64,000 bases of DNA, taken from Raja brachyura. Taxonomy: Eukaryota. The stretch spans positions 3,348,001-3,412,000 of the forward strand of contig OY740827.1 of assembly GCA_963514005.1 (NCBI GenBank), read 5' to 3'. A program made the position numbers and the translations under genes. Position 1 is the first letter of the stretch. Each line of letters opens with the position of its first letter. Below the pieces are notes generated by a model that was given only the letters and a program-made list of their open reading frames with translations, had not been told where the DNA came from and did not search any database. Shown here one piece after another: positions 39,501 to 49,639 of the stretch.

Positions 39501-42500
39501 TTTCCCCACCTTTTATCCTGCGCTGTGGACCTGGTGTGTACAGAGCGTAGAAGAGCGGCATGGTGGTGTAGGGGTAGAGCCTTCCTCCTCACCGCCCCTC
39601 CCACAGTGTGTCACTCCCTCCTCACCGCCCCTCCCACAGTGCATCACTCCCTCACACAATGTGTCACTCCCTCCTCACCGCCCCTCCCACAGTGCATCAC
39701 TCCCTCCCATAGTGCATCACTCCCTCCTCACCACCCCTCCCACAGTGTGTCACTCCCTCCTCACCGCCCCTCCCACAGTGCGTCACTCCCTCCTCACTGC
39801 CCCTCCCACAGTGCGTCACTCCCTCCTCACCGCCCCTCCCACAGTGTGTCACTCCCTCCTCACCGCCCCTCCCACAGTGCGTCACTCCCTCCTCACCGCC
39901 CCTCCCACAGTGTGTCACTCCCTCCTCACAAACCCTCCCACAGTGTGTCACTCCCTCCCACAGTTCATCACTCCCTCCTCACCGCCCCTCCCACAGTGCA
40001 TCACCCCCTCACACAGTGTGTCACTCCCTCCTCACCGCCCCTCCCACAGTGTGTCACTCCCTCCTCACCACCCCTCCCACAGTGCATCACTCCCTCCCAC
40101 AGTGCATCACTCCCTCCTCACCACCCCTCCCACAGTGTATCACTCCCTCCTGACCGCCCCTCCCACAGTGCATCACTCCCTCCTCACCGCCCCTCCCACA
40201 GTGTGTTACTCCCTCCTCACCGCCCCTCCCACAGTGTGTCACTCCCTCCTCATTGCCCCTCCCACAGTGTGTCACTTCCTCCACACAGCCCCTCCCAGAG
40301 TGTGTCACTCCCTCCTCATTGCCCCTCCCACAGTGTGCCACTTCCTCCTCACCACCCCTCCCAAAGTGTGTCACTCCCTCCTCACCGCCCCTCCCACAGT
40401 GTGTCACTCCCTCCTCATTGCCCCTCCCAGAGTATGTCACTCCCGCCTCATTGCCCCTCCCACAGTGTGTCACTTCCTCCTCATCGCCCCTCCCACAGTG
40501 TGTCACTCCCTCCTCATTGCCCCTCCCACATTGTGCCACTTCCTCCTCACCGCCCCTCCCAAAGTGTGTCACTCCCTCCTCACCGCCCCTCCCACATTGT
40601 GTCACTCCCTCCACACCGCCCCTCCCACAGTGTGTCACTCCCTCCTCACCACCCCTCCCACATTGTGTCACTCCCTCCTCACAACCCCTCCACAGTGTGT
40701 CCTCCCTCACTGCCCCTCCCACAGTGTCACCCTCCTCACCGCCCCTCCCAGTGTGTCACTCCCTCCCACAGTGCATCACTCCCTCCTCACCGCCCCTCCC
40801 ACAGTGCATCACTCCCTCACACAGTGTTTCACTCCCTCCTCACCGCCCCTCCCACGGTGTGTCACTACCTCCTCACCGCCCCTCCCACAGTGTGCACTCC
40901 CTCCTCACCGCCCCTCCCACAGTGCATCACTCCCTCCCATAGTGCATCACTCCCTCCTCACCACCCCTCCCACAGTGTGTCACTCCCTCCTCACCGCCCC
41001 TCCCACAGTGCGTCACTCCCTCCTCACTGCCCCTCCCACAGTGCGTCACTCCCTCCTCACCGCCCCTCCCACAGTGTGTCACTCCCTCCTCACCGCCCCT
41101 CCCACAGTGGGTCACTCCCTCCTCACCGCCCCTCCCACAGTGCGTCACTCCCTCCTCACCGCCCCTCCCACAGTGTGTCACTCCCTCCCACAGTTCATCA
41201 CTCCCTCCTCACCGCCCCTCCCACAGTGCATCACTCCCTCACACAGTGTTTCACTCCCTCCTCACCGCCCCTCCCACGGTGTGTCACTACCTCCTCACCG
41301 CCCCTCCCACAGTGTGCACTCCCTCCTCACCGCCCCTCCCACAGTGCATCACTCCCTCCCATAGTGCATCACTCCCTCCTCACCACCCCTCCCACAGTGT
41401 GTCACTCCCTCCTCACCGCCCCTCCCACAGTGCGTCACTCCCTCCTCACTGCCCCTCCCACAGTGCGTCACTCCCTCCTCACCGCCCCTCCCACAGTGTG
41501 TCACTCCCTCCTCACCGCCCCTCCCACAGTGTGTCACTCCCTCCTCACCACCCCTCCCACAGTGCATCACTCCCTCCCACAGTGCATCACTCCCTCCTCA
41601 CCACCCCTCCCACAGTGTATCACTCCCTCCTGACCGCCCCTCCCACAGTGCATCACTCCCTCCTCACCGCCCCTCCCACAGTGTGTTACTCCCTCCTCAC
41701 CGCCCCTCCCACAGTGTGTCACTCCCTCCTCATTGCCCCTCCCACAGTGTGTCACTTCCTCCACACAGCCCCTCCCAGAGTGTGTCACTCCCTCCTCATT
41801 GCCCCTCCCACAGTGCGCCACTTCCTCCTCACCACCCCTCCCAAAGTGTGTCACTCCCTCCTCACCGCCCCTCCCACAGTGTGTCACTCCCTCCTCATTG
41901 CCCCTCCCACAGTATGTCACTCCCTCCTCATTGCCCCTCCCACAGTGTGTCACTTCCTCCTCACCGCCCCTCCCACAGTGTGTCACTCCCTCCTCATTGC
42001 CCCTCCCACAGTGTGCCACTTCCTCCTCACCGCCCCTCCCAAAGTGTGTCACTCCCTCCTCACCGCCCCTCCCACATTGTGTCACTCCCTCCTCACCGCC
42101 CCTCCCACAGTGTGTCACTCCCTCCTCACCACCCCTCCCACAGTGTCACTCCCTCCTCACAACCCCTCCACAGTGTGTCCTCCCTCACTGCCCCTCCCAC
42201 AGTGTCACCCTCCTCACCGCCTCTCCCACAGTGTGTCACTCCCTCCCGCAGTGCATCACTCCCTCCTCACCGCCCCTCCCACAGTGCATCACTCCCTCAC
42301 ACAGTGTTTCACTCCCTCCTCACCGCCCCTCCCACGGTGTGTCACTCCCTCCTTCCGCCCCTCCCACAGTGCATCACTCCCTCCCACAGTGCATCACTCC
42401 CTCCTCACCACCCCTCCCACAGTGCATCACTCCCTCCTCACCGCCCCTCCCACAGTGCATCACTCCCTCACACAGTGTGTCACTCCCTGCTCACCGCCCC

Positions 42501-45500
42501 TCCCAAAGTGTGTCACTCCCTGCTCACCGCCCCTCCCACAGTGTGTCACTCCCTCCTCATTGCCCCTCCCACAGTATGTCACTCCCGCCTCATTGCCCCT
42601 CCCACAGTGTGTCACTTCCTCCTCATCGCCCCTCCCACAGTGTGTCACTCCCTCCTCATTGCCCCTCCCACAGTGTGCCACTTCCTCCTCACCGCCCCTC
42701 CCAAAGTGTGTCACTCCCTCCTCACCGCCCCTCCCACATTGTGTCACTCCCTCCTCACCGCCCCTCCCACAGTGTGTCACTCCCTCCTCACCACCCCTCC
42801 CACAGTGTGTCACTCCCTCCTCACAACCCCTCCACAGTGTGTCCTCCCTCACTGCCCCTCCCACAGTGTCACCCTCCTCACCGCCCCTCCCAGTGTGTCA
42901 CTCCCTCCCACAGTGCATCACTCCCTCCTCACCGCCCCTCCCGCAGTGCATCACTCCCTCACACAGTGTTTCACTCCCTCCTCACCGCCCCTCCCACGGT
43001 GTGCCACTCCCTACTCACCGCCCCTCCCACAGTGTGCACTCCCTCCTGACCGCCCCTCCCACAGTGCATCACTCCCTCCCATAGTGCATCACTCCCTCCT
43101 CACCACCCCTCCCACAGTGTGTCACTCCCTCCTCACCGCCCCTCCCACAGTGTGTCACTCCCTCCTCACTGCCCCTCCCACAGTGCGTCACTCCCTCCTC
43201 ACCGCCCCTCCCACAGTGTGTCACTCCCTCCTCACCGCCCCTCCCACAGTGCGTCACTCCCTCCTCACCGCCCCTCCCACAGTGCGTCACTCCCTCCTCA
43301 CTGCCCCTCCCACAGTGTGTCACTCCCACCCACAGTTCATCACTCCCTCCTCACCGCCCCTCCCACAGTGCATCTCCCCCTCACACAGTGTGTCACTCCC
43401 TCCTCACCGCCCCTCCCACAGTGTGTCACTCCCTCCTCACCACCCCTCCCACAGTGCATCACTCCCTCCCACAGTGCATCACTCCCTCCTCACCACCCCT
43501 CCCACAGTGTATCACTCCCTCCTGACCGCCCCTCCCACAGTGCATCACTCCCTCCTCACCGCCCCTCGCACAGTGTGTTACTCCCTCCTCACCGCCCCTC
43601 ACACAGTGTGTCACTCCCTCCTCATTGCCCCTCCCACAGTGTGTCACTTCCTCCACACCGCCCCTCCCAGAGTGTGTCACTCCCTCCTCATTGCCCCTCC
43701 CACAGTGTGCCACTTCCTCCTCACCACCCCTCCCAAAGTGTGTCACTCCCTCCTCACCGCCCCTCCCACAGTGTGTCACTCCCTCCTCATTGCCCCTCCC
43801 ACAGTATGTCACTCCCTCCTCATTGCCCCTCCCACAGTGTGTCACTTTCTCCTCACCGCCCCTCCCACAGTGTGTCACTCCCTCCTCATTGCCCCTCCCA
43901 CAGTGTGCCACTTCCTCCTCACCGCCCCTCCCACAGTGTGTCACTCCCTCCTCACCGCCCCTCCCACAGTGTGTCCTCCCTCACTGCCCCTCCCACAGTG
44001 TCACCCTCCTCACCGCCCCTCCCACAGTGTGTCACTCCCTCCTACAGTGCATCACTCCCTCCTCACCGCCCCTCCCACAGTGCATCACTCCCTCACACTG
44101 TGTTTCACTCCCTCCTCATCGCCCCTCCCACGGTGTGTCACTCCCTCCTTGCCGCCCCTCCCACAGTGCATCACTCCCTCCCACAGTGCATCACTCCCTC
44201 CTCACCACCCCTCCCACAGTGCATCACTCCCTCCTCACCGCCCCTCCCACAGTGCATCACTCCCTCACAGTGTGTCACTCCCTGCTCACCGCCCCTCCCA
44301 AAGTGTGTCACTCCCTGCTCACCGCCCCTCCCACAGTGTGTCACTCCCTCCTCACCGCCCCTCCCACAGTGTGTTACTCCCTCCTCACCGCCCCTCCCAC
44401 AGTACGTCACTCCCTCCTCACCGCCCCTCCCAGTGTGTCACTCCATCCTCATTGCTCCTCCCACAGTGTGCCACTTCCTCCTCACCGCCCCTCCCAAAGT
44501 GTGTCACTCCCTACTCACCACCCCTCCCACAGTGTGTCACTCCCTCCTCACTGCCCCTCCCACAGTGCGCCCCTCCCACAGTGTGTCACTCCCTCCTCAC
44601 AACCCCTCCCACAGTGTGTCCTCCCTCACCGCCCCTCCCACAGTGTGTCACTCCCTCCTCATTGCCCCTCCCACAGTGTGTCACTTCCTCCTCACCCCCC
44701 TCCCACAGTGTGTCACTCCCTCCTCATTGCCCCACCCACAGTGTGTCACTTCCTCCTCACCGCCCCTCCCACAGTGTGTCACTCCCTCCTCATTGCCCCT
44801 CCCACAGTGTGCCACTTCCTCCTCACCGCCCCTCCCAAAGTGTGTCACTCCCTCCTCACCGCCCCTCCCACAGTGTGTCACTCCCTCCTCACCGCCCCTC
44901 CCACGGTGTGTCACTCCCTCCTCACCGCCCCTCCCACAGTGTGTCACTCCCTCCTCACCGTCCCTCCTACAGTGCGTTTCTCCCTCATCACCGCTCCTCC
45001 CACAGTGTGTCACTGCCTCCTCACAGCCCCCATACAGTGTGTCACTCCCTCCTCACCGCCCGTCCCACAGTGCATCACTGCTTGTGACCAATAGAGTGTC
45101 CCTTATAGTCAGGGTCCGGAGCCACTCCACCTAAGGTCCGTAGGGGGAGGAGTGACTCTGCTGTCAGCGACCGAAGGTCTGGTGACGGGATCTAGCGAGT
45201 TGGCAGGGCCGAAGATGGCCTGGTTGGGTTGCTCCGTCCGCCAGTCAGGGCGCCAGGCAGAAGAGGGCTTTGCCCGAGCCAGTTGGTTGCATCATTAACA
45301 GGGTTACATCCGCGCCTGGGTGGTGTTAGAGAGGGACATGGTTATATAGTGGTTTATTAGTGTATCTGTAGCATAGTTGTTTGGAAATGTAGTGTCTGAA
45401 TAATTTGGTGATTTTGTAATATTGTGGAGGGTGGGTCACCACGGTTTGGGTTTTTTGGGGTTTTGTATCGTGATCGTAATTGAATACATTATTTTTGATG

Positions 45501-46402
45501 CATAAAATCAGTGCGGCGCTCACTCCTTTGCTACAGTACATTCCATCTGCCACTTCTCTGGCCACTCTCCCAACGTGTCCAAGTCGGCCTGCAGAGTTCC
45601 TGCTTTCTCTACACTACCTGCCCTTCACCTGTTTCCCTATCATCTGCAAACCTGGCCACACATCTGTCAAAAACCTTTGTCTAAATCTTTAATATACAAC
45701 GTGAAAAGGAGTGGTGTGTAGGAAGGTACATGCTGGTTTAAACTGAAGATAGACACAAAAATCTGGAGTAACTCAGTGGGACAGGCAGCATCTCTGGAGA
45801 GAAGGAATGGGTGATGTTTCGGGTCGAGACCCTTCCTCAGACTGTAAGTCACGGGAAAGGGAAACGAGAGATATAGACGATGATGTGGAGAGATACAGAA
45901 CAATGGATGAAAGATATGCAAAAAAGTAATGATGATAAAGAAAACAAGCCATTGTTAGCTGTTTGTTCAGTGAGAACGAGAAGCTGGTGCGGCTTGGGTG
46001 GGGGAGGGATGGAGAGAAAGGGAATGCAGGATTTACTTGAAGTGAGAGAAATCAATATTCATACCACTGGGTTGTAAGCTGTCCAAGCAAAATATGAGAT
46101 GCTGTTCCTCAAATTTGCATTTGGGCTCACTCTGACATCGGAGGAGAACGAGGACAAACAGATCAGTGTGGGAATGGGAAGGGGAATTAAAGTGTTTGGC
46201 AACCGGGAGATCAGGTAGGTCCAGGCGGACTGAGCGAAGGTGTTCAGCGAAAGGATCGTTGCGGCCCCAGCACCGACCCCTGCGGAACTCCGCTAGTCAC
46301 TGGCAGCCAACCAGTAAAACCCTCCTCACCCGTAAACACTTGTGAGTTGCTGCTGATGGTACCTTGGAGAAGGGAGAGGAGGAAGAACGATCTCCCGATC
46401 AT
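6728..46402 (-). CDS. Siglec-family (MAG/Siglec-4-like) type I receptor with intrinsic ITAM; 10 coding exons: join(46363-46402,39077-39442,37802-38095,36706-36987,30109-30390,23014-23295,17641-17928,14621-14749,13150-13214,6728-6784), 694 aa; SP-V-C2x5-TM-ITAM
   Basis: Every intron is GT..AG with a pyrimidine tract. Phases are compatible (phase 1 throughout, phase 0 for the last intron). The joined length is 2085 nt, open to TGA at 6728-6730. Siglec hallmark residues are present in the V and first C2 domains. Confidence 0.85.
6835..7120. repeat. G-rich ~35-40 bp minisatellite just upstream of the last-exon acceptor
   Basis: Repeated gtgtaggggcc(a/g)gaggggaggggattac.gagac. Confidence 0.8.
7300..7607 (+). 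mobile_element. CR1 3' end, cut by the DIRS insertion and completed at 12460-12480
   Basis: MFPLVGESRTRGH...; tail gggctaatt|ctgctcccatcacttatga is split across the DIRS. Confidence 0.85.
7608..12459 (+). mobile_element. Full-length degenerate DIRS1-type tyrosine-recombinase retrotransposon
   Basis: Inverted termini (7608-~7670 vs ~12351-12459) plus an internal complementary region (~12123-12233). Coding remnants: RT YLDD (9526-9537), RNase H (ADASSLGWG, 9989-10381), methyltransferase (DLFAS..YAFPPF, 10397-10738) and YR (HSTR..AGW..F..FY, 10893-11884). Many stops and frameshifts. Confidence 0.93.
12650..13060 (-). mobile_element. Rex/Babar-type LINE 3' fragment
   Basis: HSLFSPLPSGKRY...TSRFRDSFFP motif. 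Related copies at ~17220-17520, ~21120-21420, ~34950-35250 and ~38190-38610. Confidence 0.75.
13150..13214 (-). CDS. Cytoplasmic exon 1 (ESSVMQRMEQKVEDGPVESPYQ), first half of ITAM
   Basis: Acceptor tgtcttccag, donor CAG|gttggt, 65 nt, phase 1 to 0. It sits in a small island of unique sequence between repeats. Confidence 0.85.
13487..13920 (+). mobile_element. Two CR1 3'-end fragments
   Basis: Near-identical to the 3' end of the 423-2383 element, followed by a second CR1-family tail. Confidence 0.85.
14621..14749 (-). CDS. Transmembrane exon
   Basis: VNGRDRTGK-YVVAVIVLAVVLGVVTVSVITTAIFWAA-RCRNKR: hydrophobic run followed by a basic stop-transfer segment. Acceptor ccacccctcag; donor G|gtgcga (weak). 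Confidence 0.87.
16520..16790 (-). mobile_element. Old DeuSINE (SacSINE1/AmnSINE-like) fragment
   Basis: Minus strand taaagaccccacggc...cagggagttcatcccagtgtcctgg...aacagatgatctgggtcattgtcacattg..ttgtggga.cttgctg...tggctgcc..atttcccacattacaa matches the Deu-domain pattern as I recall it. Confidence 0.7.
17641..17928 (-). CDS. Membrane-proximal C2 exon (MAG domain-5-like)
   Basis: YAPEISQESGC...VTCVCAARSNPP...GTLTL...ALCLVRNRHG has the ESxC / CxC..SNP pattern of MAG-type proximal domains. ctctccag/gtgagg; 288 nt. Confidence 0.9.
17979..18280 (+). mobile_element. HE1-like V-SINE
   Basis: tRNA-like head, V-domain body and gggcctgtttc tail. Other copies at ~21870-22175(-), ~26690-26960(-), ~35823-35960(+), ~47850-48250(+), ~48830-49385(-), ~51500-51975(-), ~55795-56330(+), ~57000-57506(+). 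Confidence 0.85.
18330..19210 (+). mobile_element. Penelope-like element, GIY-YIG endonuclease and 3' region
   Basis: NLIYCIHCSRCGILYIGETKRRLDDRFAEH...PVAKHFN. Shorter pieces at ~15640-15850, ~37140-37440(-), ~45720-46260(-), ~50240-50390. Confidence 0.85.
19340..20910 (-). mobile_element. Cluster of CR1 fragments
   Basis: RT C-terminal peptides (QFWAPY..KDVLALE, LDAGKMIPMLGESRTRGH, VVKKAFGTLAFISQSIEYRS). Confidence 0.8.
23014..23295 (-). CDS. C2 Ig exon, repeat copy 3 (domain 5)
   Basis: YAPWNLS...ILCSVQSFP...DAGVYQCVAENEHG; tttag/gtgagt; 282 nt. Confidence 0.9.
23443..25735 (-). mobile_element. CR1 LINE, ~2.3 kb, frameshifted ORF2
   Basis: Successive RT fragments ([28 protein letters not shown]). 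It is absent from the paralogous position at ~30525. Confidence 0.9.
27117..29069 (-). mobile_element. Non-autonomous Helitron
   Basis: Minus strand reads A|TC...CCAG|T (CTAG variant), with a subterminal hairpin GGACCcaacaGGTCC at ~27129-27143 and no TSD. It is absent from the paralogous site at ~22335. Confidence 0.8.
27860..28750. repeat. 30-bp minisatellite inside the Helitron
   Basis: Unit cacagttcactcactcacggctggtggact. Confidence 0.9.
29070..30015 (+). mobile_element. CR1 3' fragments
   Basis: GESRTRGH motifs and CR1 tails. Confidence 0.8.
30109..30390 (-). CDS. C2 Ig exon, repeat copy 2 (domain 4); F-strand Cys replaced by Ser
   Basis: Near-identical to copies 1 and 3, but reads DAGVYQSVAEN (AGT at 30164-30166). 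Splice sites are intact; 282 nt. Confidence 0.85.
30700..31535 (-). mobile_element. CR1 fragment, paralogous to ~25900-26530 and ~20484-20910
   Basis: Direct sequence match between the three places. Confidence 0.8.
31770..34230 (+). mobile_element. Nested CR1 LINEs (a younger 3' fragment at ~32420-33085 inside an older copy)
   Basis: The RT is interrupted between the QHGF and DFQ motifs by another CR1 C-terminus with its tail. Confidence 0.8.
35963..36625. repeat. Complex (GT/GA)n microsatellite
   Basis: Seen directly. Confidence 0.95.
36706..36987 (-). CDS. C2 Ig exon, repeat copy 1 (domain 3)
   Basis: YAPQNLS...ILCSVQSFPASNLTW...DAGVYQCVAENEHG; tttgcag/gtgagt; 282 nt. Confidence 0.9.
37802..38095 (-). 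CDS. Siglec domain 2 (C2-set) exon
   Basis: DFTDNPTI...VTCIFNTTC...PTLTW...TSVLSLTP..KHHGQNLTCRV, with the extra Cys used for the V-C2 interdomain disulfide. gttag acceptor, gtaagt donor, 294 nt. Confidence 0.92.
39077..39442 (-). CDS. Siglec V-set (sialic-acid-binding) domain exon
   Basis: AVVSGQW...GLCARIPCHY...NDCSL...DAGPYFFRVE...RFNY: N-terminal Trp, CxxIPC, E-strand Cys and the essential F-strand Arg. Acceptor ctctcctcag, donor gtaagt, 366 nt, phase 1-1. Confidence 0.93.
39582..45080. repeat. 5.5 kb 33-bp minisatellite with higher-order structure
   Basis: Unit ccctcctcaccgcccctcccacagtgtgtcact with interspersed shorter variants. Confidence 0.97.
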
Positions 46403-46443
46403 TGTCCGATCCCAGATATCCCTCAGTTACCCGATCTCCCGGT
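46363..46443 (-). CDS. Leader exon (5'UTR 46403-46443; CDS 46363-46402, MIGRSFFLLSLLQ)
   Basis: Acceptor ctttctcttgcag at 46444, ATG at 46402, donor AAG|gtacca in phase 1. Joined to the V exon it gives the signal peptide MIGRSFFLLSLLQAVVSG|QW. Confidence 0.8.
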
Positions 46444-46499
46444 CTGCAAGAGAAAGTGCTTGCAGTAAAACTCCAGATACCAATATACATTAAACGACA

Positions 46500-46905
46500 T
46501 GGATGCAATGCTAAGCTCTATAAGGTGCTGGTCAGGCCACATATGGAATATTGTGAGCAATTTTGAGCCCCGTATCTGATGAAGGATGTGCAGGCTCTGG
46601 AGAGGGTCCAGAGGAGGTTTACAAGAATCGTCCCAGGAATTAGTGGGTTTACATATGATGAGCGTTTGACGGCACTGGGCCTGTTCTCGCTGGAGTTTAG
46701 AAGAATGATGTGGGACCGCAATGAAACTTACCGAATAATGAAAGGCTTAGATAGAGTGGATGTGGATAGGATATTTCCACTAGTGGGAGAGGTCAAAGCC
46801 TCAGAATTAAGGGACATTCTTTTAGGAAGGAAATGAGGAGGAATTTCTGTATTCAGAGGGTGGTGAATCTGTTGAATTCTTTGCCACAGAAGGCTGTGGA
46901 GGCAA
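46500..46905 (+). mobile_element. CR1 3' fragment (tail resumes at ~47590-47780)
   Basis: KDVQALERVQRRFTRI; interrupted by the 46910-47590 element. Confidence 0.8.
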
Positions 46906-46909
46906 AATT

Positions 46910-47590
46910 CAAGCTTTCAAGGTCAGTTTATTGTCACATGTACCAGTTAAGGTACAGTGAAATTCGAATTTACCAAAAAAAAGCAACAAGAGACACAACT
47001 ACATAAAAGTTAACATAAACATCCACCACAGCGGACTCCCCACGATCCTCACGGTGACGGAAGGCAATAAAGTCCAAACTTCTTCCTCTTTTATTCTTCT
47101 GTGTTCGGGGAAATCGAACCATCCGCAGTCTGGGGGATTGAAGCTCCCGCAGCCAGCGGTCGAAGCCCCCCGCGTCAGGGCGATCGAAGCTCCTGCGGCT
47201 TGGAGTTTTCAGAAGTCTAACCAGAGACCACAGGCTCCGCGATGTTAAAGTCCACAGCACCAATGGATGGAGCCCCAAAATCGACCCCCGACAGGGATCG
47301 CAAGCTCCGTGATGGTAAGACCTGCAGGCACCCGGGGTGGAGCTCTCGAAGTCGGACTCCAGCAAAGGCCACCAACTCCTCGATGTTAGGCCGCAGTGCG
47401 GACGGAGATATGATATGAAAGAAAATCGCATCTCCGTCGAGGTAAGTGATTAGGAAAAGTTTCCCCCAACTTCCCACATAAAACAAGCTAAAAAACACTA
47501 AAAACATACATTTAACACACACAAACAGACAACAAAAAAGGAAGGGACAGACAGACTGTTGGCGAGGCAGCCATTGCTGACGCCACCTGG
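46910..47590 (-). mobile_element. Unclassified non-coding interspersed retroelement
   Basis: Shares both ends with ~5560-6292. LINE-like tail with AATAAA on minus, GC-rich core, inserted into a CR1. Confidence 0.55.
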
Positions 47591-49639
47591 TGGTTAAGTC
47601 AGTGGATATTGTTAAGGCAGAGATAAATAAATTATGAATTAGTATGAGTGTCAGGGGTTCTGGGAGAAGGCAGGAGAATGGGGTTAAGAGGGAGTGATAG
47701 ATCAGCCATGATTGAATGGGGGAGTAGATTTGATGGGCCAAATGGCCCAATTATACTCCAATCACTTATGTCCTTATGAGCAATCTAGTTGCCTCCTTTT
47801 GGTTTTTAAAAGCTTCCCAATCGTTAGACTTCCCACTAAAGTAACATGATGGTGCACAGTGGCGCAGTGGTAGAGTTGCTGCCTCACAGCGCCAGAGACC
47901 CGACTTCGATCCTGACTACAGCTGCTGTCTGTATGGAGTTTGTACGTTCGCCCTGTGATCTGCGTGGATTTACCCGCGATCTCCGGTTCCTTCCACGCTC
48001 CAAAGACGTACAGGTTTGTAGGTTAATGAGACTTTGGTTAAAAAAAATTGTCCGAAGTGTGTGTAGGACAGCGTTGGTCGCAGGTCGCCATTGGCCGAAG
48101 GGCCTGTTTCTGCACAGTATCACTGAACTAAACACAGAACTAGTGTGTGAACGGGAGATCGCGGGTGGGCGTGGACCCGGTGGGCCGAAGTGCCTGCTTC
48201 CGCGCTGCATCTCTAAACTATACATAGAAGTAGTGTGTGAACCGGTGATCCACATTTACCAAACAGTGAAAGGCTTGGATTAAGTGGATTTAGAGATAAT
48301 ATTTCCACTAGAGGGAGAGTCCGGGACTAGTGGTCATAGCTTCAGAATTAAAGGGCATTCCTTTATTAAGTAGATTCTTTAATCAGAGGGTGGTGAATCT
48401 GTGGAATTATTTGCTACAGCAGGCTGTGGAGGACAAGTCACTGGATATTTTTAAGGCAGAGATAAATAGATTGTTGATTAGTGCGGGTGTCAGGGGTTAT
48501 GGGGAGAAGGCAGGAGAATGGGGTTAGATAGATCAGCCATGGTTGAATGGCGGAGTAGACATGATGGGCTGAATGGCCTATGTCTGCTCCTATTACTTAT
48601 GACCTTAAGACCGTAAATATCACCAACAGCATAACCTGCACCAACTACATTGAAGCTGTGGTCAATAAGGCACACTAATGTCTCATCTTGTTCAAAAGAT
48701 GAAGGAAGTTCGGCATTTCCCCAGAGACTCACACCAACTTCTCCACGTGAATTGTGAAAGAACACTGTTGGATTACTTCACACATTGGTTTGACAACAGT
48801 TCTGCTCAAGGCCAAAAAAACTTGCTGAGAGTTTAGTTTAATTTAGAGATACAGCAAGGAAACAGGCCCCCTCGGCCCACCGAGCCTATGCCGACCATCG
48901 ATCACCGGTCCACACACTAGTTCTATGTTTTGTTTTTGAGATACAGCGTAGAAACAGGCCCTTCGTCCGCGCCGATCATCGATCACCGTTCACACACTAG
49001 TTCTGTGTTTACTTCAGAGATACAGCGCGGAAACAGGTTCTTCGGCCCACCCAGTCCGTGCCGACCAGCGATCCCCACACACTAGCACTATCATACACAC
49101 ACTAGGGACAATTTACAATTTTGCCAAGCCAATTAACCTACAAACCAGCACATCTTTGGAATGTGGAAGGAAACCAGAGAAATCCAAAGCAGGTCAAGAG
49201 TCCAGATTCAAGAATGTTTTATTGTCAAATGTCCCAGATTACAGAATGAAATTCTTACTTGCAGCAGCACAACAGAATATGTAAACGGGCAAACTCCATA
49301 CAGACAAGCACCCAAAGTCAGGATCAACCAGGGTCTCTGGCGCTGTGAGGCAGCAATGCTACCGCTGCGCCACCTTGCCGCCCCTAACATGTATATCGCC
49401 CAGTCCAACACACAAAGCAGTCTCCCCATTCCACCCCCTGAAGGGTCTGTTAGAAAGCATTTTATCAGGATGCATCACAGCTTGGTTTGAGAACAGTTCC
49501 ATCCACACAGCAACAGGCTCTTCGGCCCACCACCTCCATGTCAGCCCTTTTTTACCCATCGATTGGTATGGTTGTACAATTGCCATGTGTAAAGGGATAC
49601 AGTGTTTGCATGCAACCCAGGTAAATCGTACTATATAAG

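Noticed and set aside
39501-39530. Possible 30-nt phase-1 mini-exon (caccag|...|gtgagt) before the V exon
   Set aside because: It would leave a 58-nt intron and insert charged residues into the signal peptide. The 46363-46402 leader joins the V exon cleanly without it.
39471-45134. Very long Pro/His/Ser/Thr-rich ORFs (up to 1134 aa)
   Set aside because: The 33-bp unit has almost no stop codons, so all frames stay open. It is an intronic minisatellite, not a mucin gene.
6728-46402. Naming the gene MAG, CD22 or SIGLEC1
   Set aside because: The ectodomain is MAG-like but too divergent for highly conserved MAG, and the domain number and tail do not fit any of these. Orthology needs a phylogeny.
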